Below, piece after piece: positions 28,029 through 36,540 of a stretch of 64,000 bases of DNA. The notes beneath the pieces are model-generated. The model was given only the letters and a program-made list of their open reading frames with translations. It did no database searches and was not told the DNA's origin. The position numbers were made by a program, and so were the translations under genes. The DNA is taken from contig JAHEDI010000004.1 of the NCBI GenBank assembly GCA_024641305.1, positions 2,126 through 66,125 of the forward strand. Direction: 5' to 3'. Numbering within the stretch: position 1 is the stretch's first letter; the number at the start of each line of letters is the position of its first letter. This stretch comes from a bacterium. Lineage in GTDB: Bacteria > Actinomycetota > Acidimicrobiia > Spongiisociales > JAENVV01.

Positions 28029-30460
28029 GCCTCTTTCCTTCTCGCGACGACAAAGCCGGCTACCAGCAGGGCAATTCCGGATGCCGTCATCGCAATACCA
28101 ACCTTCTCAAAGATGGTTCTGGTGAAATCCATCTCGACGTGACCCTCGGTGGGGACGACGATCATCAACGACGGACTGGCCCTCCACGGCCCGTCTGCTC
28201 CGGTAGCCTGCCAGTTCGGAAAGTACGACACCTTCACAAGGTGAGGTACCCCGATGGCGGTGGTATCGAATTCGAAGTGACCGTTATCACTCACAATATT
28301 CGACACGACCCCGGAATCCTTGAGTGGTGTCGATACGCTCTCAAGCAGAGAAAGGTCGTCGATTCGTGGCCAATCTGCCGGGCCGTCCGCCACCAGCCAA
28401 TTATCGAGGAGTTCGAGATCGTCGTACCATTCGAGCGCCACATCGTTGAAGTTCGACGCTTCCTCACTTCCCAGCCTAAGTCCACCTTCGGTTTCGAAGA
28501 CGACCGGCTGATTGACGGCAACGTCGACCAGCTGAGTCGGGGGCAACGCGAAGACCCGGTGTGGGTCAATGCGGGCGATCTCACGGAGTTCGGGATGGGC
28601 GAGCGCCTCCTCGGCGGCCTCAGGGGTAAACGTCACGTAATAATTGACTCCGTAGACGGCCAGGTGGGCGATACCGCGATCGAAGTCAAAGTTGTGATAG
28701 GTCAAACCAGGAATCGGATTCGACGGCCGGAAACTCATCTCACCGGCGTTGATGAAGTGAAACGGCGTGGTGATGGATGATTCAAAGAAGAGTCCCTCCA
28801 TCGAGGCTTGCCGAGTCCAGTAGGGAAACAGCATGAGCGCCATCGGCGTCCCGTACTCGCGGTCCATGTCGTTGTTGGCTTCCCACTGAATTCGCCCAGC
28901 CGGTAGAACGTCGACCGCTTCCATGAGCCGTTGGTACTGGTCAAATCCCGGTTTCTGTTCATAGCCGCTGAAGTTCCATGCGGCCCAGCCGGAAACGAAA
29001 CTTAATCCGGCCAGCGACTGGACGAGAATGAACCCGCTGGCCAGGAGCACCATCGACGGGCCAGTTTTGACTTTCGCCCCGGCGATCTCCACTCCCCCCC
29101 AAACGAGAATCGCCAACGCCGCAACGCCGCCTGCCCACCATTGGACCTCAACGGACCCTTTCCAAAATCCCGCCGCCAACGCAACCAGGGCCCCGATCAG
29201 GAGCGGCGCCTTGAGCCAACCAACTGAAATCCTGGTCGGTAGACGCCTGGCAACCGCCTTCGATGCAACCCCGACGGTGACACCAGTGAGCATCGATATG
29301 CCGAAGAACCAAAATGGCAGCAACCGACCATTCCAGAGCTTCCAGGTTCCTGAAAACCAACCCATCTGACTGGCGATCGTGGGGACCCAGAAGTACAAGA
29401 CCGGAAGGAACGTCAGGACGACCATCGGGGCCCAGTTCTTGGTTCGCCTGATCAGCCATCCCGCCCCGAACATCGCCGGAGGCAGCAAGAGCCAAATCTC
29501 GGACGGGAGGATCTCCCCCCAGGTCTTCAGCGGCACCCAGCTCATGTCAGAGGTTTGGTTGAGCCTGGCAATGAGCGGGACAGCCCAGAAGCCGGCCACT
29601 GCAAAGCCCCATAGCCAGACCACCCCGGTCTTGAGGAACCCCCGCTTCCAGAACAGGATTGGGATGCTCGCCAGCACGAACATCCCGGTCGTAATCACAT
29701 GCGATAGAGCCGTGCAAGCCAGCAACAGGACCGCCAGCGGAACATACCGTGGCGAAACCCGGACGGCCTTGATGAGGGTCGCCAGATAGAACAAACCCAA
29801 CGCAAAGGACCATGAATATGAAAATTCGCCAGCCATCGTCGACGGAGCATTCCCTCCGAAGATCGTGAACGACTCAATAAAGACGAAGGTTCCACCCGCT
29901 ACACCGGCCGCCGTGCCAACCCACCGGTCCAACCCCAAGGCCCGCCCGAACACATATGAGGCGGCCGGAGTAGCCAGCAAACCCGCCACCGTCACAATCT
30001 TGAAAGCCACGCCGTACGGAAGCAGCAGATCGAGAAAGACGATGACCAGTGAGGGCAAAGGGAAGTAGAAGTAGAAGGCGGGGAACCCGGCGAACCAGGC
30101 GTCACTCCAGCCAAGGATCTGGAAATTGGGCAGCAGATCATCCCGCAGGATGGCCGGTCCAAGGACATGGGCGCCCATATCCCCCCCGGTCGGGGTATTG
30201 ATTGTCAGAATGAGCCACGGTTGCACAGCGAAGAAAATCGCCGCCGTTACGGCGGCGATTGCAAGTCGCGGCACCCATGGGGACACCGCCTGGTCGGCGG
30301 TGCCCGAGGCCCTCCCGCTAGGCGCGGGCCTTCCTGGCGAGTTCCAGTACGTCCGCAAGCGCGATCTCTCGTCCTTGATGGTCCCACCATCGTTCGTCAC
30401 ACTTATGGCATGAGAAAAAATCGATCTCAGTACCGTCCGGTAACTTCTGGTGAATTTCAA
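28025..30460 (-). CDS. large polytopic membrane protein, putative GT-C fold glycosyltransferase (YfhO/PMT-like) with C-terminal extracytoplasmic domain
   Basis: About 13-15 hydrophobic helices occupy the first about 520 aa, followed by an about 290-aa soluble domain. Its operon context with GtrA and a GT2 polyprenyl-P-sugar synthase supports the call. The start may be the GTG near 30286 rather than 30460. Confidence 0.55.
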   Translation of the reverse strand: MKFTRSYRTVLRSIFSHAISVTNDGGTIKDERSRLRTYWNSPGRPAPSGRASGTADQAVSPWVPRLAIAAVTAAIFFAVQPWLILTINTPTGGDMGAHVLGPAILRDDLLPNFQILGWSDAWFAGFPAFYFYFPLPSLVIVFLDLLLPYGVAFKIVTVAGLLATPAASYVFGRALGLDRWVGTAAGVAGGTFVFIESFTIFGGNAPSTMAGEFSYSWSFALGLFYLATLIKAVRVSPRYVPLAVLLLACTALSHVITTGMFVLASIPILFWKRGFLKTGVVWLWGFAVAGFWAVPLIARLNQTSDMSWVPLKTWGEILPSEIWLLLPPAMFGAGWLIRRTKNWAPMVVLTFLPVLYFWVPTIASQMGWFSGTWKLWNGRLLPFWFFGISMLTGVTVGVASKAVARRLPTRISVGWLKAPLLIGALVALAAGFWKGSVEVQWWAGGVAALAILVWGGVEIAGAKVKTGPSMVLLASGFILVQSLAGLSFVSGWAAWNFSGYEQKPGFDQYQRLMEAVDVLPAGRIQWEANNDMDREYGTPMALMLFPYWTRQASMEGLFFESSITTPFHFINAGEMSFRPSNPIPGLTYHNFDFDRGIAHLAVYGVNYYVTFTPEAAEEALAHPELREIARIDPHRVFALPPTQLVDVAVNQPVVFETEGGLRLGSEEASNFNDVALEWYDDLELLDNWLVADGPADWPRIDDLSLLESVSTPLKDSGVVSNIVSDNGHFEFDTTAIGVPHLVKVSYFPNWQATGADGPWRASPSLMIVVPTEGHVEMDFTRTIFEKVGIAMTASGIALLVAGFVVARRKEA

Positions 30461-30494
30461 TCACGTCTTCGACGCGGCATGTAGGGCACATCAT
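30318..30494 (-). CDS. small zinc-ribbon protein
   Basis: MMCPTCRVEDV...FFSCHKCDERWW, that is CPxC...CxxC. The start is taken at the MM pair inside the track ORF 30318-30542. Confidence 0.45.
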   Translation of the reverse strand: MMCPTCRVEDVIEIHQKLPDGTEIDFFSCHKCDERWWDHQGREIALADVLELARKARA

Positions 30495-30569
30495 GTGCGA
30501 AAACCTCCAGATAGCAGGACCGCCCGACCGCAGTGTATGCATCCCGGGACCATTACGCCAAGGACCTGA

Positions 30570-30842
30570 CTAGTCCTCCTCGAGGAGTTTGCCGACGTAT
30601 TTACTGCGGCGCTTTCCGTTCTCGCGCCAATACGCGTACCAATAGGGACCATGAGGGCAGGTTGTGCAGGTCGGGCGGCCGCACCGAACCGACTGCTGGC
30701 GAAGGCTCACCTTCGGACTCGCCCCGACCTGGGCGATGGCCCCGGTTCGCTCGAGATGGGCTTGGGTGAGAATGAGCAACCGGCGCAGTTCGTGCTCATC
30801 GAGATCTTTGATGTCGTCAAGGAGATCCCGATCGAGACCCAC
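30570..30842 (-). CDS. hypothetical small protein with a helical N-terminus and a Cys4 ribbon (RCGRPTCTTCPHGPYWYAYWRENGKRRSKYVG)
   Basis: It is a 90-aa ORF with a conserved-looking CxxxxC..C...CPHGPYWY motif. I cannot assign a named family. Confidence 0.5.
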   Translation of the reverse strand: MGLDRDLLDDIKDLDEHELRRLLILTQAHLERTGAIAQVGASPKVSLRQQSVRCGRPTCTTCPHGPYWYAYWRENGKRRSKYVGKLLEED

Positions 30843-30847
30843 TGCGC

Positions 30848-31102
30848 TCAGGCCACCTCGGAGGGAGCGAACAATCGCACAATATTGCGGCGGTCGGTGA
30901 GCGTCCAGCCCATTGGAGGGGTGAGCCGATCGGCATGGGTCGCACAGACCGGATACCCGGCCCCGGGGACAACTGACCTCGTCAGGTCATCAAGCCACAC
31001 AGCACTCTCGGCATAGTTATAGGACATGATCGACCCGGCTGGGGCCCCGCAGCGTGCGCAATGTTCAAGCATGAGGGTGGAGCATATGCGCCATCGCCTC
31101 AT
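30848..31102 (-). CDS. DUF3499-like small Cys-containing protein
   Basis: CARCGAP...SYNYAESAVWLD...YPVCATHADRLTPPMGWTL resembles the actinobacterial DUF3499 family, which is commonly found near manB and whiB2. Confidence 0.55.
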   Translation of the reverse strand: MRRWRICSTLMLEHCARCGAPAGSIMSYNYAESAVWLDDLTRSVVPGAGYPVCATHADRLTPPMGWTLTDRRNIVRLFAPSEVA

Positions 31103-31129
31103 TCACCAAGTATTTCAGGGGCAATTCTT

Positions 31130-31154
31130 CTTACGCGCCAGATTGGCGCGTAAG
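31130..31154. promoter_or_regulatory. perfect 10-bp inverted repeat CTTACGCGCC-N5-GGCGCGTAAG upstream of the DUF3499-like gene
   Basis: It lies in the 60-nt gap between two co-directional minus-strand genes. No U-tract follows it on either strand. Confidence 0.4.
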
Positions 31155-31163
31155 TCGATTTTG

Positions 31164-31547
31164 TCATTCTCGGGAAAGTTGTAATTTCGCCCGGGCGATT
31201 TGCCGGGGAGTGGGAACACCACCGATATCGAACAACACCTGCCCGGTCCGGCCCGCCACAATCAACCGGGGCACTTCGGAGATCTCAAGGGCGTCAAATA
31301 CGTCACCGTTTGACGCCCATTCGAATTTCCGCACTTCCAGTTCAGCGGCGGCAATGGCCGCGGCCGCTGGAATGCACGAGGCGCAGAGGGCGTCCCCGAA
31401 GTACAAAGCCGCCGGGAATGGACCAAGATCGGCGGGTAGCCGGCGAACAGGCGAACGTCTATCAAGCCGTCGTACCAACCAGACGCTGAACCCCACCACG
31501 GCTGCTACGGCAAGGAGAATGACGAGACGACCGACCGGTTCACTCAT
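31164..31547 (-). CDS. membrane-anchored thioredoxin-fold protein with CxxC (CASC)
   Basis: It has an N-terminal TM helix, then ALCASC, then a beta-strand plus cis-Pro pattern (RLIVAG...GGVPTP). The start is taken at MSEPVGR. Confidence 0.45.
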   Translation of the reverse strand: MSEPVGRLVILLAVAAVVGFSVWLVRRLDRRSPVRRLPADLGPFPAALYFGDALCASCIPAAAAIAAAELEVRKFEWASNGDVFDALEISEVPRLIVAGRTGQVLFDIGGVPTPRQIARAKLQLSRE

Positions 31548-32820
31548 TGACAAAGGGCCGTCCAATCGCGTACGCCACTCCGTTTTCGCTCACCGCATAC
31601 CATCCAACCACCACCGGACCGGTGGCCGAGACCTGCATTCCTCCTTCGGAGACCGGCACCGAAACGGACGTGAACCCCCCTGCGGCGACCACCACCTTGT
31701 CCTGGCCGAGTCCGCTCACCACTGTGGCAGTAATGTCATCGAGGGTCGGATTGAGAATCACCACGGTGGTTTCCGGGAGGGCGCCGACCCCCGGCAAGAG
31801 CCAATCTTTGGCAGACACAGTCGATCCCGCCACGGACGCTCGACCACCCTCACCCCGGCTCACCAAGAAGGCCGCCATGGGACCGTCAGCCTGAACAATG
31901 TACCCTTCGCCCGCCGCCAGTTCGATCGTCGCTACTTGTCGAGGATCAACGCTCCCCCGATCAAGCTCTTCACCAGCCCCACTCGAAGTCGCCCGGCCAA
32001 CCTGATAACCGATCGGTGTCGCCGAAGGGTTCACGAGAACGAGTGTGTTCGCCAGCTCAGGAACCCCCCCGAACGGGAAATACCACTCGCTGGCAGGCGC
32101 CACACCTGAGAGGACGGCGGCGCCACCGGCGCTTGCTTGCTCTACGAACGTAGGGATCACCCTGCCATCGGTTTGCTCGATTTCAACCGAGAGCCACTCG
32201 CGGAACCCGAGAATGTCCGTCAATGCGATCGTCCGGCTTGATTGGGCCGGAACCGAGACCGCCTCCAGGCTTTGATCCGGTTCACTCCCGTTCTCGGACA
32301 ATGCCCGGATTGTCAGCTTGGCATCTTCCGGGAAAGGGTTGAACAAGCGAAGATCCAGAGTGAGGCCCTCTGCGGTCGAACCGCCCCCGAGCACCCAGAC
32401 ATCCGGCACCGTGGACGGACAACTGGCCGCCACAAGACCGAGGACTCCGTCGCCAACAGCCGTGGCTGCGGCTGGTCCTGCGGCGAACTCGACGATCGCC
32501 CCTTCAACACCCACCGGGAGCACCGAAGCGACCCTCACCGAACCAAAGGGAGCGACCGCCCGCGGCTCGCTGGAAACGACCTCCCCGTTCTGCAAAACGG
32601 TAACGGTGGCCTGGGTGTCGCGAGATGATGCCAATTGGACCGACATGTCAATCGCAGAATCCGACCGAACCCATCCGCAGTAGGCAACGCTCGTAGCCGA
32701 AACTGGTACCGCTATCACACTACTTGGCACGGTCGGAATCGTCGGCACCGGTCTGACGGGAAGCAACGCGACAAACAATCCGGCCGCCACGAGACTCAGA
32801 AGCAACGTCGTCCGCTTCAT
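31540..32820 (-). CDS. secreted/anchored hypothetical protein, DUF5719-like
   Basis: It has a signal-anchor and a Gly/Ala/Val-rich beta-rich body. It overlaps the upstream GT2-membrane fusion gene by 4 nt. Confidence 0.55.
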   Translation of the reverse strand: MKRTTLLLSLVAAGLFVALLPVRPVPTIPTVPSSVIAVPVSATSVAYCGWVRSDSAIDMSVQLASSRDTQATVTVLQNGEVVSSEPRAVAPFGSVRVASVLPVGVEGAIVEFAAGPAAATAVGDGVLGLVAASCPSTVPDVWVLGGGSTAEGLTLDLRLFNPFPEDAKLTIRALSENGSEPDQSLEAVSVPAQSSRTIALTDILGFREWLSVEIEQTDGRVIPTFVEQASAGGAAVLSGVAPASEWYFPFGGVPELANTLVLVNPSATPIGYQVGRATSSGAGEELDRGSVDPRQVATIELAAGEGYIVQADGPMAAFLVSRGEGGRASVAGSTVSAKDWLLPGVGALPETTVVILNPTLDDITATVVSGLGQDKVVVAAGGFTSVSVPVSEGGMQVSATGPVVVGWYAVSENGVAYAIGRPFVNE

Positions 32821-35570
32821 GCTCGGTTCCGGACCCCGACCACGGCCGCCAGCCCGGCGAGGAGTATGGCGCCGGCCGCTGCCCAGGCAAAGACCCGAAC
32901 CAGTTGATCGGTTGAGGCTTCGATCACTCCGGTCGATCCATCCATCACAACCGGCAGGGCTGATTGACCGAATGGAGTCGGATTGACAGCGATAAGAACC
33001 TGCGGGGCCGGATCGCCAACGAAGGTCGCCCCGTCAGCCCGCCATGGCCGACCAGATTCGGTTCGGGCCACAAAGGCCGGATACACGTTTTCATAAACGG
33101 TGAATACCCCGTCGCCCACCGCCAGTTGCTTGAGATCGAGCTTGCTTTCAAATGCCGGGTTCAGCGTGGTGGGAGCCGTCACAACTATCCATCGAATCCC
33201 CAACTTGCCGAGGTCCTGACCGGGCCGCAGCACATCCCGGTCGACCGCCCTCGAGAGGACCGTTTCCAGTTCACGATCCGCTTCGCGGTAGACAGGCAAC
33301 CACGCTTCGCCGAGGGTCAGTTCGCCATTCATAACCTTATAGGGAACACCGTTGAGCTGACGAGATTGCCCTGGCAGGCCAGGTCCGACAAACAGAATCC
33401 TTCCGAGTGGGGCATCGGCTGATCGAGCCGCCACGAGTTCGACGACTTCCGAATAACGATCTGCCGGTAGTCCCCATCGTCCGGTTCCGATCGTGAGGCC
33501 GACCATGACCAGCGCCGCCACGACCGCGACCTGGCTGAAGATCAGCACAACCCGGGCAATGCCGGTATGGCCAGGCAGCCCGCCGGCCACTCCACCGACC
33601 ACCAACGCAGTACCGAGGGCGACCAGTACCATGCCGGCAGCAGACGGCTCCAAGCCATCCGAGACCAACAAGAGGACCGAACCGGCTATCAGAACCAGGG
33701 CTCCCACCCCGGCGATATTCAGATACGGTTCGGATCCGGACAAGACAGCCAGAAACACCCCAGCCCCAAGACCGACCACCCACCACAGCGGTGGAGCGAA
33801 CGGCAGTGCGGATCCTCCGTTGATAAGGTCCCCGAGAGCCGAAAACCATAGCCACGGACCCAACACAGCCAACCCACCAAGTCCACCGACCAACGCCCTA
33901 ATGAGGACGGAAAACGTCGAACCGGTCCCAAATACCGCCCACAGCAGAGCCACCAGTAGTGCGCCGAACAAGGCCAACGGAACGAAGGCAGCAACCACGA
34001 AGCTCGCCAACAGCAAGCCCCCAAGGCGCCCGATCCGTTGGCGAAGTCCCTTCGGCCAGGCGACCAACACACTGGTAATCATCCACGGGGTGGCGGCGAT
34101 CGCCGGAAACGCCGGCCAGTAACCGGCGTCTCCATAGACCGCTGCGGCGAGCGTTCCCATCGCGGCCAACCCACCCAGCACCGCCGGTACCCCATCGATC
34201 CCGAACGTGCGAAGTAGTCGCCGCATCCCGAAAAGTCCCAGCAACACCGATCCGGTCACCATCAAAAGCAGCGCAGAATCAGCGAAGACCAGCTGCACCA
34301 TGGCCAGGGCCGCCACGGCCGGATGGCCGGGACCGGCCGTCCCGAACCCGATCGGATTCCATCCACCGGCATACGAAGCGATCGCAGAACCGGGAACCTG
34401 CGGAAGCGCCAGGACATAGCCGGCCACCGGCATACCCGATAGGAGCAGCGAACGCGTCCCGATGACAACTGCGAACAACGCCGCGATCAGGTAGCCGAAA
34501 CCCGGTCGCTGCCAGAACATACGCTCCTCATCCAAACGAGAGGCGAGCCCCAATCGATTTGACCGCGCCCTGGCCCAGAGGGTCAGGTCCGACCCCAACT
34601 TGGCGAGAGACAATGACCCTGACCGCTGGTACCTGAAGAGTTCTCCGTCATCGACCTGGACGATCTTGCGCGCCTGACGTCGGGCCAGCCAGGTGTTTGG
34701 CAGGTGTTTGACACTCCACCCGACCCCCATAAGCAAGTCCAGAATTGGCCGTACCTCGAACATAAGCAGGCGACCGGCCGCATCGACCAGCCCGACCAAG
34801 ACCGCCATTGGCAGAACCCAGGCGGTTGTCCAACCAGAATACATTTTGGCGCTCGCTCGCCATCGGGCCGCCGGCTCGCGCCAGGCCGGTAGTAGGGCGT
34901 GGCAGGTTCCGGCATGGACAACTTCCGAGGACGGGACTACTGCCACCCGCCCGCCCGCCGAACGGGCTCGACCGGCGAAGTCGATCGCCTGGGTTAGGGG
35001 CGGTAACAATCGATCGGGCCCGCCGAGGCCTTTGAGCAGGTCACGCCGGATCAATACGGATTCACCCGGAACGAAGGCGACATCTCGAACGACGTCATAC
35101 TGCTCCTGATCGAGCTCGCCGGCCGCCAACCCGGTATCTGCCACCAAAAATACATCGGTGGATCCACCGACCGATTCGAGTATCGCCGAATTGGCGGCGG
35201 TCAAAACCTTGGAACCGACCAGCGAAGCGTCGATCTGTTCGGCAGCCTGGACGAGGGCCCGCAGGGCATCGGGCCTCGGTACGGCATCGTCATGAATCAT
35301 CCACACGTGGGTGATATCCGGCGTCAGCTGCTCGATGAGTTCAGTCGTCGTCTTCACCCAGTGCGCGACAGCCTCAGTAGCTGCTTGCTGGCTGGGGACT
35401 CCGCCACCGATAACGAACCGTTCGGCGACCTCGCCGATCGCCGTGGTTTTCAGAATGCTACGAACCCTCGACGCATCAGAGGCGTAGACGGCGACAGCCA
35501 CGGTCGCGAGTGAGGTGAGATTTGCGGTTGCCATCTGATCCATTGTGTCGTTGTCTGCGCGCCTAGGCAA
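32817..35570 (-). CDS. GT2 glycosyltransferase domain fused to a large polytopic membrane domain
   Basis: The N-terminal about 250 aa form a GT2 fold (VAVYASDA..., IHDDA DxD). It is followed by about 600 aa holding many Gly/Ala/Leu-rich TM helices. Confidence 0.7.
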   Translation of the reverse strand: MPRRADNDTMDQMATANLTSLATVAVAVYASDASRVRSILKTTAIGEVAERFVIGGGVPSQQAATEAVAHWVKTTTELIEQLTPDITHVWMIHDDAVPRPDALRALVQAAEQIDASLVGSKVLTAANSAILESVGGSTDVFLVADTGLAAGELDQEQYDVVRDVAFVPGESVLIRRDLLKGLGGPDRLLPPLTQAIDFAGRARSAGGRVAVVPSSEVVHAGTCHALLPAWREPAARWRASAKMYSGWTTAWVLPMAVLVGLVDAAGRLLMFEVRPILDLLMGVGWSVKHLPNTWLARRQARKIVQVDDGELFRYQRSGSLSLAKLGSDLTLWARARSNRLGLASRLDEERMFWQRPGFGYLIAALFAVVIGTRSLLLSGMPVAGYVLALPQVPGSAIASYAGGWNPIGFGTAGPGHPAVAALAMVQLVFADSALLLMVTGSVLLGLFGMRRLLRTFGIDGVPAVLGGLAAMGTLAAAVYGDAGYWPAFPAIAATPWMITSVLVAWPKGLRQRIGRLGGLLLASFVVAAFVPLALFGALLVALLWAVFGTGSTFSVLIRALVGGLGGLAVLGPWLWFSALGDLINGGSALPFAPPLWWVVGLGAGVFLAVLSGSEPYLNIAGVGALVLIAGSVLLLVSDGLEPSAAGMVLVALGTALVVGGVAGGLPGHTGIARVVLIFSQVAVVAALVMVGLTIGTGRWGLPADRYSEVVELVAARSADAPLGRILFVGPGLPGQSRQLNGVPYKVMNGELTLGEAWLPVYREADRELETVLSRAVDRDVLRPGQDLGKLGIRWIVVTAPTTLNPAFESKLDLKQLAVGDGVFTVYENVYPAFVARTESGRPWRADGATFVGDPAPQVLIAVNPTPFGQSALPVVMDGSTGVIEASTDQLVRVFAWAAAGAILLAGLAAVVGVRNRA

Positions 35571-35598
35571 TCTGGCCGGGTGGGGAGACTAGATTGCC
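35566..35598. promoter_or_regulatory. 8-bp inverted repeat GGCAATCT-N17-AGATTGCC in the divergent fbiA / GT2-membrane-fusion promoter region
   Basis: It was read directly from the sequence. It includes a CCTAGG palindrome immediately upstream. Confidence 0.35.
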
Positions 35599-35622
35599 GA
35601 CCAATCAACCAAAGGCCACGCC

Positions 35623-36540
35623 ATGAATATCGTCATGTTATCGGGTGGAGTCGGAGGGGCGCGACTTGCGCGCGGATTGGCTCGCGCCCCCGGGGTCGAC
35701 CTCACGGTAATCGTAAACGTAGGTGACGACGACACTGATTACGGACTGGCAGTATCTCCAGATCTCGACACCGTTATGTACACCATCATCGGCTCCGAAT
35801 CGGAGGCCGGCTTCGGACTTGCCTACGACTCATTTGCAGTCATGAACCGACTTGAGGACTTCGGAATCGACACGGCCATGCGGATCGGCGACCGCGATAT
35901 CGCCGCCAAGCTGTTCCGCACTATCGAGCTCCATCGCGGGATCCCCCTTTCGGAAATCATCGGGCGAATGGCTGAGGTGCTCAGCATCGAAGCGACCATC
36001 CTGCCGGCCACCGACGACTCGCTCCGCACCGAGATCCTCACCGCCGAGGGTGACTGGCTGTCATTTCGGGAATACTTCGTCACGCGCGGGCACCAAGACG
36101 AAGTAGTCGATCTGAGATTCGCTGGCGCCAACCTCGCCACACCTGCCCCAGGCGTGATCTCGGCCATCACCAATGCCGATGCCATCGTCATCGGCCCGAG
36201 CAACCCTCCGCTTTCGATCTGGCCGATCCTCGCCATCGCGGGTATATCCGACGCCATCATGGACCGACCGCGAGTGATTGCGGTGAGTCCTCTGATCGGG
36301 GGGAAGACCCTCAAGGGTCCGGCCGACCGAGTGCTGGTTTCGCTCGGATTGCCGCCGGGAAACGAGGGGGTACTCGGTGCCTACGGTGGGCTCATCAACG
36401 AACTCGTCATCGACCAACAAGATGCAACTGACCGTGGCCATCTGACCGCCCTCGGGGCGAGGGTACACGTCCGCAACACCCGCCTGGCAACCATGGAAGC
36501 ATCTGTCAACTTCGCCGAGTGGCTGATCGAGGTGCTGTGA
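35623..36540 (+). CDS. fbiA: 2-phospho-L-lactate transferase (F420 biosynthesis)
   Basis: CofD/FbiA signature: MLSGGVGGARLARGL, and NVGDDDTDYGL (in VIVNVGDDDTDYGLAVSPDLDT). Confidence 0.9.
   Translation: MNIVMLSGGVGGARLARGLARAPGVDLTVIVNVGDDDTDYGLAVSPDLDTVMYTIIGSESEAGFGLAYDSFAVMNRLEDFGIDTAMRIGDRDIAAKLFRTIELHRGIPLSEIIGRMAEVLSIEATILPATDDSLRTEILTAEGDWLSFREYFVTRGHQDEVVDLRFAGANLATPAPGVISAITNADAIVIGPSNPPLSIWPILAIAGISDAIMDRPRVIAVSPLIGGKTLKGPADRVLVSLGLPPGNEGVLGAYGGLINELVIDQQDATDRGHLTALGARVHVRNTRLATMEASVNFAEWLIEVL

Noticed and set aside
31130-31154. Intrinsic terminator interpretation of the 10-bp GC-rich hairpin
   Set aside because: No U-tract follows it on the minus strand, where the flanking genes are transcribed. 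It is more likely an operator or RNA structural element, so I reported it as regulatory instead.
32817-35570. Cellulose/hyaluronan-synthase-like processive GT2 (QxxRW) call for the 917-aa fusion
   Set aside because: I could not find a convincing QxxRW or TED motif by eye (only FWQRP). I left it as a generic GT2-membrane fusion.
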